Position numbers and translations under genes: made by a program. The notes under the pieces are model-generated. The model had not been told where the DNA came from, ran no database searches, and saw only the letters and a list, made by a program, of their open reading frames with translations. From Eubacteriales bacterium (GTDB taxonomy: Bacteria > Bacillota > Clostridia > Oscillospirales > CAG-272): a stretch of 64,000 nucleotides of DNA. Positions 18,981 to 28,105 of the stretch are shown piece by piece; position 1 is the stretch's first letter; every line of letters starts with the position of its first letter. The stretch spans positions 1,240 to 65,239 of the forward strand of contig JAZRUG010000015.1 in the NCBI GenBank assembly GCA_045652425.1, in the 5' to 3' direction.

Positions 18981-21598
18981 ACTTTTCATATCCCGAACAA
19001 AAAAATAAAGCTCTCCAAAATATCTCCTTTGATATTTCACAGGGAGAATTTGTTATTCTTTGCGGTCCTTCGGGTTGCGGAAAATCCACGTTGCTCCGTC
19101 ACCTTAAAACCAGCCTTGCACCTCACGGAATTTTGACAGGTGATATTCTGTTTGATGGCAATCTTTTAAGCGAAACCGATGAGCGCACACAATCGCAGAA
19201 AATCGGATTTGTGTTGCAATCCCCTGAAAATCAGGTGGTAACCGATAAAGTATGGCACGAATTGGCTTTCGGTCTTGAAAGTCTTGGCTACGATACACCA
19301 ACAATTCGCCGCCGTGTCGCTGAAGTTGCGGCATTCTTCGGTATTGAGAATTGGTTTTATAAAAACGTTACCGAGCTTTCGGGAGGTCAAAAGCAGCTTT
19401 TAAGTCTTGCTTCTGTTATGGCGATGAGCCCTAAAATTTTGGTACTTGATGAGCCCACCGCACAGCTTGATCCTATTGCCGCCGCTGACTTTTTGGATTT
19501 GCTTGGTAAAATTAACCGCGAACTTGGCATTACCGTTATTCTGACCGAACACCGCCTTGAAGAAGCGTTCCCCTTTGCAACAAGAGTTATTGTTATGGAA
19601 AAGGGTGCGATTGTTTGTGACGATGCTCCTGGAAAGGTTGGACTGCATCTTCGCGATAAGGATTGCGGTATGTTCCTAGCAATGCCTACAGCCATGCGTG
19701 TTTGGGCAGGAATTGAAAACACTCTTGCCTGTCCTCTCACTGTGCGTGACGGAAGTGATTTTTTAACCGAGCTAAATAAACAAAAAACTATTTTACCTTT
19801 AAATGCAGTTCAAAATACCCCCTATAACCATGAAATCACCTTGCAATGTAATGAAATATGGTTCCGTTATGAAAAAAACTTGCCCGATGTTGTAAAAGGC
19901 CTTTCGCTCACCCTGCATAAAGGTGAATTTTATGCAATACTCGGTGGTAACGGTGCGGGTAAAACCACATCGCTTAAAGTTATTTCACGACTTTACTCCG
20001 CCTATCGCGGTACACTTCAAACTAACGGCAAAATAGGAATGTTACCGCAAAATCCGCAAGCGCTTTTTGTGAAAAGAACCGTGCGTGAGGATTTATACGA
20101 AGCACTGTGCGACATAAGGCTTTCCAAAGAGGAAAAGAAAAAACATGTTGCGCGCATAGTCGCTCTTTGCGGACTCAGTGAATTTCTCGACAGACACCCA
20201 TATGATATTTCGGGGGGGGAGCAACAACGAACCGCACTTGCCAAAGTGCTTTTGACTGCACCCGATATTCTTTTACTTGATGAACCTACAAAGGGGGTTG
20301 ATGCAGAATTTAAGGTGACCTTTGCCGATATTATTGATAAACTGACCAAACAGGGTGTTACCGTTCTTATGGTGAGCCACGATGTGCCTTTTTGTTCAGA
20401 GTATGCTCACCGTTGTGGAATGTTCTTTGACGGAAACATTGTAGCAGAAGGCTCTCCCCGTGAGTTTTTCTCGGGTAACAGTTTTTATACGACTCCTGCA
20501 AACCGTATGGCAAGGCATTTGATTCCCAATGCAGTTACGGTTGATGATATTATTGTTTGCTGCGGCGGAAAAATCAAAAAGAAGCAAGAGGAATTTAATG
20601 AGGTTTCACCTCTGCCCTCGCCTCCGCCGAGAAGCGTAAACTTTAAGCCTCAGCCTCTAAAACTGTGGCGAAAGCTTCTTGCCATAATTTCGGGAATTGT
20701 TGCCTTCGGTGTGTTCCTATATGCGACTGGTATTACCAACCTGTCCTCCCTCGTGACTTCTTCAGGGCTAAGCACACAAGGCAAGGAACAGTTATCATTG
20801 TATATCGTTTTGTTTGCATCTCTGACGGTATTTTTGTTTGCAATCGGACGGCGAAGTGAACCGCCGCTTGTAGCACAAACACCAAAAGAAAAGCGTAATT
20901 TAAGCAACCGTACCATTGCAGCAACCGTTTGTATTTTGCTGTTGATTCCGCTTACAATCTTTGCCGGTATCTTCTATATGGATGATCGGCAGTATAATCT
21001 TGTAGCTTTGCTGATCTTACTTGAATGTATGCTGCCCTTTATTCTTGTGTTTGAAGGCAGAAAGCCTAAAGCAAGAGAGCTTGTTACCATAGCCGTACTT
21101 TGTGCCATCGGCATTGCAGGTAGAAGTTTGTTCTTTATGCTCCCGCAGTTCAAACCCGTGCTTGCGCTTACAATAATTGCCGGTGTTGCCTTTGGTGGTG
21201 AGGCAGGCTTTTTGGTGGGAGCTGTTACAATGCTTACCTCTAATATGCTTTTCTCACAAGGGCCTTGGACACCTTGGCAAATGTTTGCAATGGGAATTAT
21301 CGGTTTCCTTGCCGGTGTACTTTTCAAAAAGGGCTGGCTTCGAAGAACCCGTGTATCTCTTGCTGTATTCGGCGCATTTACCGCGATTATCATTTACGGC
21401 GGTATTATGAATCCTGCCGCCGCATTTATGGTATCGTCAGAAGGCATAACATTAAAAACGTTGTTTGCCTACTACATTACGGGATTTCCTATGGATCTCG
21501 TTCATGCTTTTGGAACGGTAATATTTATTATGATTGCCGCCGAGCCTATGCTTGAAAAAATGGATCGAATAAAGGTTAAATACGGCTTGGTCGAATAA
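18953..21598 (+). CDS. Fused ECF ATPase-ATPase-S component (EcfA1-EcfA2 plus membrane domain)
   Basis: Two ABC cassettes (GPSGCGKST/LSGGQKQ/LVLDEP and GGNGAGKTT/ISGGEQQ/LLLDEP), a Pro-rich linker, then a roughly 300-aa polytopic domain with ECF-S-like GPWTPWQM. Confidence 0.8.
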   Translation: MENFSFKDVNFSYPEQKNKALQNISFDISQGEFVILCGPSGCGKSTLLRHLKTSLAPHGILTGDILFDGNLLSETDERTQSQKIGFVLQSPENQVVTDKVWHELAFGLESLGYDTPTIRRRVAEVAAFFGIENWFYKNVTELSGGQKQLLSLASVMAMSPKILVLDEPTAQLDPIAAADFLDLLGKINRELGITVILTEHRLEEAFPFATRVIVMEKGAIVCDDAPGKVGLHLRDKDCGMFLAMPTAMRVWAGIENTLACPLTVRDGSDFLTELNKQKTILPLNAVQNTPYNHEITLQCNEIWFRYEKNLPDVVKGLSLTLHKGEFYAILGGNGAGKTTSLKVISRLYSAYRGTLQTNGKIGMLPQNPQALFVKRTVREDLYEALCDIRLSKEEKKKHVARIVALCGLSEFLDRHPYDISGGEQQRTALAKVLLTAPDILLLDEPTKGVDAEFKVTFADIIDKLTKQGVTVLMVSHDVPFCSEYAHRCGMFFDGNIVAEGSPREFFSGNSFYTTPANRMARHLIPNAVTVDDIIVCCGGKIKKKQEEFNEVSPLPSPPPRSVNFKPQPLKLWRKLLAIISGIVAFGVFLYATGITNLSSLVTSSGLSTQGKEQLSLYIVLFASLTVFLFAIGRRSEPPLVAQTPKEKRNLSNRTIAATVCILLLIPLTIFAGIFYMDDRQYNLVALLILLECMLPFILVFEGRKPKARELVTIAVLCAIGIAGRSLFFMLPQFKPVLALTIIAGVAFGGEAGFLVGAVTMLTSNMLFSQGPWTPWQMFAMGIIGFLAGVLFKKGWLRRTRVSLAVFGAFTAIIIYGGIMNPAAAFMVSSEGITLKTLFAYYITGFPMDLVHAFGTVIFIMIAAEPMLEKMDRIKVKYGLVE

Positions 21599-21601
21599 AT
21601 C

Positions 21602-21650
21602 AAAAAAGCGCAAATTTCTATGAGACTCATATAAATTCGCGCTTTTTTAT
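21602..21650. terminator. Bidirectional terminator closing the B12 operon and trmO
   Basis: aaaaaagcgcaaattt-N15-aaattcgcgctttttt. Confidence 0.7.
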
Positions 21651-21659
21651 TTTCTTAAG

Positions 21660-22346
21660 CTAATTTATTGAAACTGCTACTACTGTCAGCAAATTTCCGT
21701 CAACGGTAAAATCTACGTCATATCCTGCAAAGGTCATTTTATATATACGTTTCTCGTCATCCTGATATGATGGGCGCGGATCATCTGCAAGGCAGTCAAG
21801 AAGCGGCTGTCTTTTTTCTTCGTCTATCTTTTGGAGTAATTCCCTATCTATCACAACTTCAAGCCTATGACCAGTTTCTTCATCGGCATAACCGCCCTTC
21901 GCTTCGGGTTTCGAATCAGCATACGGCAGATACGGTTTTATATCATATATAGGCGTACCGTCAAGCAGGTCTGCGCCGCCTACAATCAACACGTATCCGT
22001 TTTCTTTTTCGTGTTCCACAGAAATAAGCTCTACACAAGACAGTCCCAAATTATTAGGTCTGAATGGCGAACGACTTGCAAAAACGCCTACTCTTCTGTT
22101 TCCGCCAAGTCTTGGCGGTCTTACCGTCGGCGACCACCCATCTCTATGAGCAAGAGAAAAATCAAATATAAGCCACAAGTGTGAAAAACCTTCTATTCCC
22201 CTTAAAGCTTCTTTGCTTCTGTAATCGGGCAAAAATACAATCTTCGCTCTCAAAGATTTTACTCTTCCGCTTTGGCGCGGTATACCAAATTTCTGCGAAA
22301 AATCCGTCTTTATATGCGCTATGGGTTTTATAATCATTCCGTTCAC
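21660..22346 (-). CDS. trmO: tRNA (t6A37-N6)-methyltransferase TrmO/TsaA
   Basis: IKPIAHIKTDFSQKFGIPRQ, HLWLIFDF, RSPFRPN and GTPIYDIKPY motifs. Confidence 0.88.
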   Translation of the reverse strand: MNGMIIKPIAHIKTDFSQKFGIPRQSGRVKSLRAKIVFLPDYRSKEALRGIEGFSHLWLIFDFSLAHRDGWSPTVRPPRLGGNRRVGVFASRSPFRPNNLGLSCVELISVEHEKENGYVLIVGGADLLDGTPIYDIKPYLPYADSKPEAKGGYADEETGHRLEVVIDRELLQKIDEEKRQPLLDCLADDPRPSYQDDEKRIYKMTFAGYDVDFTVDGNLLTVVAVSIN

Positions 22347-22494
22347 ACATCTTTCTTCGTAATAGTTTTACAAAGTTAATTTTAGCATAGTTTCTAATAT
22401 TTTTCAACACGAAACCATCTACTTTTTCCAAGCTTCACAAATTATATAATACATTTTAGTTTTTCGCTTTACATTTGGGAAACAATGTGCTAAT

Positions 22495-23733
22495 ATGATT
22501 AAAATGAGTATTATGCAAAATTTTTGGGGGCTTTTATTGAAACTTTCAAACGATAAAAACTATATGCTTCACCATACACTGTACAATGTAGCTTACAGTA
22601 TGATAACTAATTCTATACTCCAAGGATTTATGCTTGAAAACGGATTAAAAGAAGAAAACGTTTTGCTATATTTGGCTGTTGTACAAGCAATACAAATATT
22701 TATTATGCTGGGCTTTTCTCCCATAGTCGATAAACTAAAAAAAATAATGTCGATGTATGCATATTCAATATTATTACAAACAACTATGTTCGGTGCTGTA
22801 ATATTCATTTGTTTATATTCTGACTTGTCGCAAACACTAAAAACAGTAATATTATTCTCTGCCGGCATCTTAACGAATATATATCAAGCAATTTATAATA
22901 TACTATCCCTAAAAACACCTTATTACTATCTTGATATGAATAAAATCGGCAATATTCAAGGCAAAACAGGTGCATTATGTGGTCTTTTAGGCGCATGTAT
23001 TTCCGGATTAATCGTATTCTTCACTTCAAAATTTGACTACAACCAAACAATGCTCATATTTTTTGCTATCGGCACGTTTTTCATTATAATATCTTTCCTT
23101 ATTATAAAACAAATTCGTTCGCACACACCTGTGTCTTCTGCAAAAACGACCAATACTAAAAAAATTAACCTCTTTAAGTATAAACCCTTTTACATACTCA
23201 TAATACCAAATTTGCTTCGCGGCTTCAACTCTGGTATATTCGTTACGACAATGACGATAGGCTTTTCACTTGGAATAACACAAAAAAGTTCATCGGCTAC
23301 CCTGGCATTGATATTACAAGCATCGGCAATTTTGGGAAATATCATTTTTTCAAAAACATCTGCCCCTCGAAAAAATGTAATAATAACGTTATTCGGCAGT
23401 TTAGGATTGCTTTTCTTTATGCCGCTTATGGTGTCGGGCAACCTTACACTATTCTATTTAATGCACTTTCTGTCAAGCCTATGCATAACGTTGATAGATG
23501 CATCAGTTCCGTGTGCCGTCATAGAAATAGTTGATTTCGAGGTTATGGGACAGTTTTCATCATACAGAATGCTCCTGCACACAGCCGGAATAACGCTTTC
23601 AACGCTTGTCGCTATGAAGATGTTAGATTTATTTGGCGGTGTCGGAACTATGATAATATCAACTTCGTTCCAATTAATATCGGCTATATCTTACCTCTTG
23701 CTTGAAAAAAGCGTTTATAAATCAAGAGCATAA
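22495..23733 (+). CDS. Polytopic membrane transporter (MFS-like)
   Basis: 412 aa with about 12 hydrophobic segments. No diagnostic motif recognised. Confidence 0.5.
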   Translation: MIKMSIMQNFWGLLLKLSNDKNYMLHHTLYNVAYSMITNSILQGFMLENGLKEENVLLYLAVVQAIQIFIMLGFSPIVDKLKKIMSMYAYSILLQTTMFGAVIFICLYSDLSQTLKTVILFSAGILTNIYQAIYNILSLKTPYYYLDMNKIGNIQGKTGALCGLLGACISGLIVFFTSKFDYNQTMLIFFAIGTFFIIISFLIIKQIRSHTPVSSAKTTNTKKINLFKYKPFYILIIPNLLRGFNSGIFVTTMTIGFSLGITQKSSSATLALILQASAILGNIIFSKTSAPRKNVIITLFGSLGLLFFMPLMVSGNLTLFYLMHFLSSLCITLIDASVPCAVIEIVDFEVMGQFSSYRMLLHTAGITLSTLVAMKMLDLFGGVGTMIISTSFQLISAISYLLLEKSVYKSRA

Positions 23734-23735
23734 TC

Positions 23736-23765
23736 AAAAAAACACCGCAAACGGTGTTTTTTTTA
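23736..23765. terminator. Bidirectional terminator
   Basis: aaaaaaacaccg-caaa-cggtgttttttttt. Confidence 0.75.
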
Positions 23766-23778
23766 GTATTTATAATTT

Positions 23779-24519
23779 TTATCGCAGTTTACGGCAGTAT
23801 TGTGTGCATAGTTTATCGGTACATTCGGAGCATTTCAAAGCGTCATTTGAATGTTCCCAAAAACGTTCGGGATACATCATAAAAAATAATTCCCATACCA
23901 TCCATACCGCTATTGACGTAATAAATAATGAACACGAAAAAAATCCGTCAATATATATCATAGGACTAAACATCATCAAATGGTCCCAGTTAAATATACG
24001 GCAGGTCGTACAACATTTATTTTTCATAATCAATCGAAATGGACACCAAAAAAGTACACAGATAAGATCACATACGTAAAACAAAACACTTATCATAAAA
24101 ATCATACTATCATTCAGTATACCAAATCTATAAAAAAAACCTATCGCCAAAATAAGCGCAATCCACAGTATAAACACTTTGTATGCCGACTTCGTCGTAC
24201 TTACCACATAATTACGCAAACCCTGATAATTTATCTTTTCTTTTATTGGTCTAAATCTGTCAAAAAAATGTTTCTGTGAACCTAAAGGAATATGCTCTTT
24301 TATTGGAACAAGCTGACATATCATACCAAACATCCATATTCCCCACAGTATATGCAAAAGCGAAAAAACTCTAAAAAAATTCCAGCCCCGCAACACGTCA
24401 AAAACTTTTGGCATCCCAATAAACGCCACAACACAGGCAATTAGTATCGCAACCCTTACAACAAATCTAAATATATACTGCTTTCTGATTTTTGTCGTCT
24501 GCACTTTTTCTTTGTTCAT
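23779..24519 (-). CDS. Polytopic membrane protein with Cys-rich segments; function unknown
   Basis: ORF 23779..24570. The start at MNKEKV (24519) avoids overlap with the upstream gene. Motifs CCTTCRIFNWDH and CSECTDKLCTQYC. Confidence 0.5.
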   Translation of the reverse strand: MNKEKVQTTKIRKQYIFRFVVRVAILIACVVAFIGMPKVFDVLRGWNFFRVFSLLHILWGIWMFGMICQLVPIKEHIPLGSQKHFFDRFRPIKEKINYQGLRNYVVSTTKSAYKVFILWIALILAIGFFYRFGILNDSMIFMISVLFYVCDLICVLFWCPFRLIMKNKCCTTCRIFNWDHLMMFSPMIYIDGFFSCSLFITSIAVWMVWELFFMMYPERFWEHSNDALKCSECTDKLCTQYCRKLR

Positions 24520-24530
24520 AAAAATACCTT

Positions 24531-24947
24531 TTACGTTTTCTTTGGCGTTTTCGCTCTGCACCTTGGACACGTTACTTCTATTTCACCTTTGTTTTTCGGT
24601 ACACGTATTATCGCTCCGCAGTACTTGCATTTAAAATAAACATGTGTCTTTCTGTCGCGCCATCTTGACTTTATTAGTCTTATCTCTTTTTTCGCTTTGT
24701 CGGATACAACGTAATACCTGTTCAGTTCCATTCTTCTTGCCGTATGATTCTTTGAATACGTACGAAACAAATAATATGCTAATACAACCAGCCCCAAAAG
24801 CGACAGTATTTTTAAAAAAGGAAGATACCCCAATATAGTCAACACTAAAGCAGTTAATACCAAAAACTTCCCGAATTCATCATATCCGTATCTGCCTTGC
24901 ATAAATCTATTATATCTATGTATTATTTCACGAAAAATATTTCTCAC
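24531..24947 (-). CDS. Zinc-ribbon membrane protein
   Basis: Two TM segments, then CKYCGAIIRVP...CPRCRAK (CxxC-N16-CxxC). Confidence 0.6.
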   Translation of the reverse strand: MRNIFREIIHRYNRFMQGRYGYDEFGKFLVLTALVLTILGYLPFLKILSLLGLVVLAYYLFRTYSKNHTARRMELNRYYVVSDKAKKEIRLIKSRWRDRKTHVYFKCKYCGAIIRVPKNKGEIEVTCPRCRAKTPKKT

Positions 24948-25062
24948 TTTTTCACCTTCTTATCGCTTATTATACAACCATTTTACTATTTTCGTATTAT
25001 CGCTTCAAGTCAATTATTGTAAACTATATTTTAAATATTGTTGCCGCCTCAAATAAAATTTA

Positions 25063-25100
25063 AGCGCAGATATTGTTTTTTCAACTTCTGCGCTTTTTTT
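25063..25100. terminator. Hairpin terminator downstream of the oxidoreductase gene
   Basis: agcgcaga-N16-tctgcgct with T/A runs on both sides. Confidence 0.6.
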
Positions 25101-26067
25101 ATTCAAAATTCAAACCGATTATACAACGTATTCTGTCCATCTGCTTCAACGTATTTATAGATGACTCTAACGGAACAAGCAAACTTTCTTTCAGTCCATC
25201 TCTTACACATCTGCACACTTCTTCTATCTCATATTCAAAACCGTTATCACCGTACGGATAACATTTTTCTTCAAACTTTCCGTTGGAAAAAGTTACGGTA
25301 TATTTGTCGGCTTTATAAAAACAAGGTATAAATATACTGCCTTTTGTTCCGTAAATATGCGCATCATAAGGCTTTTCAAGTTTTATCGCCGATGAAAGCG
25401 AAGCTATCGCATCATTATCATATTTCAACAATATCTGCGTATGATGGTCAACACCGTTTTGTATATCCGAAAAAGCAGAAATGTCTTTAGGCTGCCCCAA
25501 TATAAGAGATGCAAAATGTAAACAGTATACTCCAACGTCAAGCAGAGAACCTCCAGCCATATTCTTTTCAAACAGTTTCGGATCCTCTTCCTTTTCTATT
25601 GTATAACAAAAATCAGCACTAATCCCCTTTATTTCACCGATAATTCCGTTTCTTATATCTTCCTGTAAAGCTATTACTGCAGGTAAACACGCTGTCCACA
25701 TACCTTCCATAAGAAATACGTCGTTTTCCTTTGCCAGTTTCTTCAGTCTTTCGGCAGATTCACTATCCACACATATAGGTTTTTCGCACAGTATATGTTT
25801 CTTTGCCTTTATAAACATTTCGGCGCAGGGCGCGTGGAACGGGTGGGCAGTTGATATATATACTACATCTATATCAGCAGCTAAAGCCATATCCTCGTAG
25901 CAAGAATACACTTTCGGTATTCCGTACTTTTCTGCAAATTCAACTGCTCTTTCTTTTGAACGAGATGCGACGCCGACAAGCTCTGCCGTTTCTACTCTTT
26001 TTACTGCTTCGGCAAACTTCTGCGCAATAATACCGGGCCCTACTATTCCCCATCTTATCTTTTTCAT
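25099..26067 (-). CDS. Gfo/Idh/MocA-family NAD(P)-dependent oxidoreductase
   Basis: IRWGIVGPGIIAQKF Rossmann N-terminus and EKP motif (LCEKPI). Confidence 0.85.
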   Translation of the reverse strand: MKKIRWGIVGPGIIAQKFAEAVKRVETAELVGVASRSKERAVEFAEKYGIPKVYSCYEDMALAADIDVVYISTAHPFHAPCAEMFIKAKKHILCEKPICVDSESAERLKKLAKENDVFLMEGMWTACLPAVIALQEDIRNGIIGEIKGISADFCYTIEKEEDPKLFEKNMAGGSLLDVGVYCLHFASLILGQPKDISAFSDIQNGVDHHTQILLKYDNDAIASLSSAIKLEKPYDAHIYGTKGSIFIPCFYKADKYTVTFSNGKFEEKCYPYGDNGFEYEIEEVCRCVRDGLKESLLVPLESSINTLKQMDRIRCIIGLNFE

Positions 26068-26075
26068 TCTTTTTT

Positions 26076-27326
26076 TTACTCCGCCGTTTCTTCTCCTATC
26101 ATTGCAAAAGAAATAAATTTCGATATTTCGGTATTGTCTACCGTCTTATCTTTGAATAATTCGCTTCCCTGTCCCAGTGCAAACACCCTAACGTCAGTTG
26201 CCGTATGCTCCGTCAATGTAAACAAGTCGTTTGTAGGTACGTTCTCTCCCTCGGGCATCTTTACTCCGCCCGTTTCGTGATCAGACGTAACAACAAGAAG
26301 CGTATCAGGATTTTTTTCCATAAACAAAAGCACCGAAGCCAACGTCTTGTCAAGATTTACTACGCTTGACTGCTTACCCTGAATATTTTTTTCATGCCCG
26401 TAAACATCAGTTCCCGAACTCTCTATAAGCAAGAAAAAACCATTTTCGTTATCTAACAAATCCATTGCAGTTTGAGCTGATTTTGCAAGGTGATCCGACA
26501 CAGTATCGGTATAACCACCGTTAAATCCCGCAAACAGTCTTTCACTTTCCAAAGATGATTTGGCTGCCGCATCAAATTCTGACAACTCTTTTGCAACGCT
26601 GTACTTATTCTCAAATTCAGCCTTCTTATCATCGGCAAGGTTAGCTACAAAGCTATCATATCCCTTACCTATCATAACCTCCGGCGCAAAATTCAATATT
26701 CCTTGCGCAAGTTCTCCGTAATTATATCTGTCGTTGCTGTGGGTTACAAAAGCAGAAGGGGTAACACCGAATATTTCGTCATCAGTTACAATCCCAATCT
26801 TTTTCCCTGTTTCTCTTGCTATTTCTGCCATTGTTTTTAATATAGTTGAATCGGGAGCCATGGCGATCAACCCATTGTTTGTCTTTTGCCCTGTTGAAAG
26901 CGCAGTTGCAGAGGCAGCGGAATCTGTAATTTCGTTATCAGCTGATTTGGTGGTTACAGATCCGGCGTTAACCAATTTATTAAGTATAAGCCCGAAATCA
27001 AATACACCCTCGGCATACTTTTCGGTTATTGATATATCATTCGGTCCCATTCCGTCGCCTATCAATACTATAATATTTTTAGGCTTTTGGTATTCGGCGT
27101 TTACAATCGACTGTACAAGCTCCTCGGTTATAGTCTTTGCATAATCAATAGAATCCGAGGTGGATTCAGTATCTTCAACACCGTTTGTTTCAGCCTCATT
27201 TTGAGTCTCTTCTTTTAACTCGTTTTTCCATTCAGGTTCCGAAAAACCAAAATCTCCCTCAATTTTGCAACTGTACAAAGACAATGCCAATACGAATGTT
27301 AATGCAAGTATAAATAATCTTTTCAT
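26076..27326 (-). CDS. Alkaline phosphatase (PhoA family), lipoprotein
   Basis: Lipobox LSLYSC; active-site TDSAASATALSTGQKT; DHETGG. Confidence 0.88.
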   Translation of the reverse strand: MKRLFILALTFVLALSLYSCKIEGDFGFSEPEWKNELKEETQNEAETNGVEDTESTSDSIDYAKTITEELVQSIVNAEYQKPKNIIVLIGDGMGPNDISITEKYAEGVFDFGLILNKLVNAGSVTTKSADNEITDSAASATALSTGQKTNNGLIAMAPDSTILKTMAEIARETGKKIGIVTDDEIFGVTPSAFVTHSNDRYNYGELAQGILNFAPEVMIGKGYDSFVANLADDKKAEFENKYSVAKELSEFDAAAKSSLESERLFAGFNGGYTDTVSDHLAKSAQTAMDLLDNENGFFLLIESSGTDVYGHEKNIQGKQSSVVNLDKTLASVLLFMEKNPDTLLVVTSDHETGGVKMPEGENVPTNDLFTLTEHTATDVRVFALGQGSELFKDKTVDNTEISKFISFAMIGEETAE

Positions 27327-27365
27327 AACTTCTCCCTGTAATTGTTATCTCTATAAATCAATAGA

Positions 27366-27950
27366 TTATGAAAATATATCATAAACGAGTTTATCCTCTA
27401 CAGCACGATAATCATCTTCCTCGTCAACAAAAGGTAAAAACTCTACTTTCTTCCCATCCCCCTCGGCAACTATAACAAAATTATAATCTGTCATAGTTCC
27501 TTGCAAATATAAAGGTCTTCCTTCTTGGGGAATATCATACTCTTTCCCTTTTTTATAAGTCTCATTTTCGTAATCGTATTCACATTCGTAAACCTTAACC
27601 GTTACTCCTTCAATAGGAAGTAACAATAATACTTCTTCGCCTCTCTCTTCTATAAAATTATCGGGCATAATGCTTGCAAACATAGGATAGTCTGACCAGT
27701 AATGCTGTCTGTTCAAAAACTCTCCTAAAGTCTCAAATGCAGAATCTCTCTTACCAAGATACGCTACACCTAATATTCCGCCATTCTCTTTTATTTTCTT
27801 ATGTTGTGCCAACACACTTTCATCTGTTTCCACATACTTTTCAGCTTCGCCAATTTCTCCGGAATTGTTCCCCTTTGTTTTCGAACATGAAAAAACACTT
27901 ACAGAAAGCAATAATACCAACAATATTAATAAACCTTTTTTCACTGTCAT
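27366..27950 (-). CDS. Lipoprotein, function unknown
   Basis: Signal/lipobox VSVFSC; 194 aa. Confidence 0.6.
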   Translation of the reverse strand: MTVKKGLLILLVLLLSVSVFSCSKTKGNNSGEIGEAEKYVETDESVLAQHKKIKENGGILGVAYLGKRDSAFETLGEFLNRQHYWSDYPMFASIMPDNFIEERGEEVLLLLPIEGVTVKVYECEYDYENETYKKGKEYDIPQEGRPLYLQGTMTDYNFVIVAEGDGKKVEFLPFVDEEDDYRAVEDKLVYDIFS

Positions 27951-28105
27951 TCTCCTTTTTATTCGGTATACACCAAATTAACATTTTTTATTATTTGATA
28001 CCGTATTATACCACATTAACAACAACATTTCAATGAATATTTTTTTAATAAATAAGAGAGGATATGAGTTTTACCCCTATCCTCTCGATTGTATTCAAAA
28101 AATAA

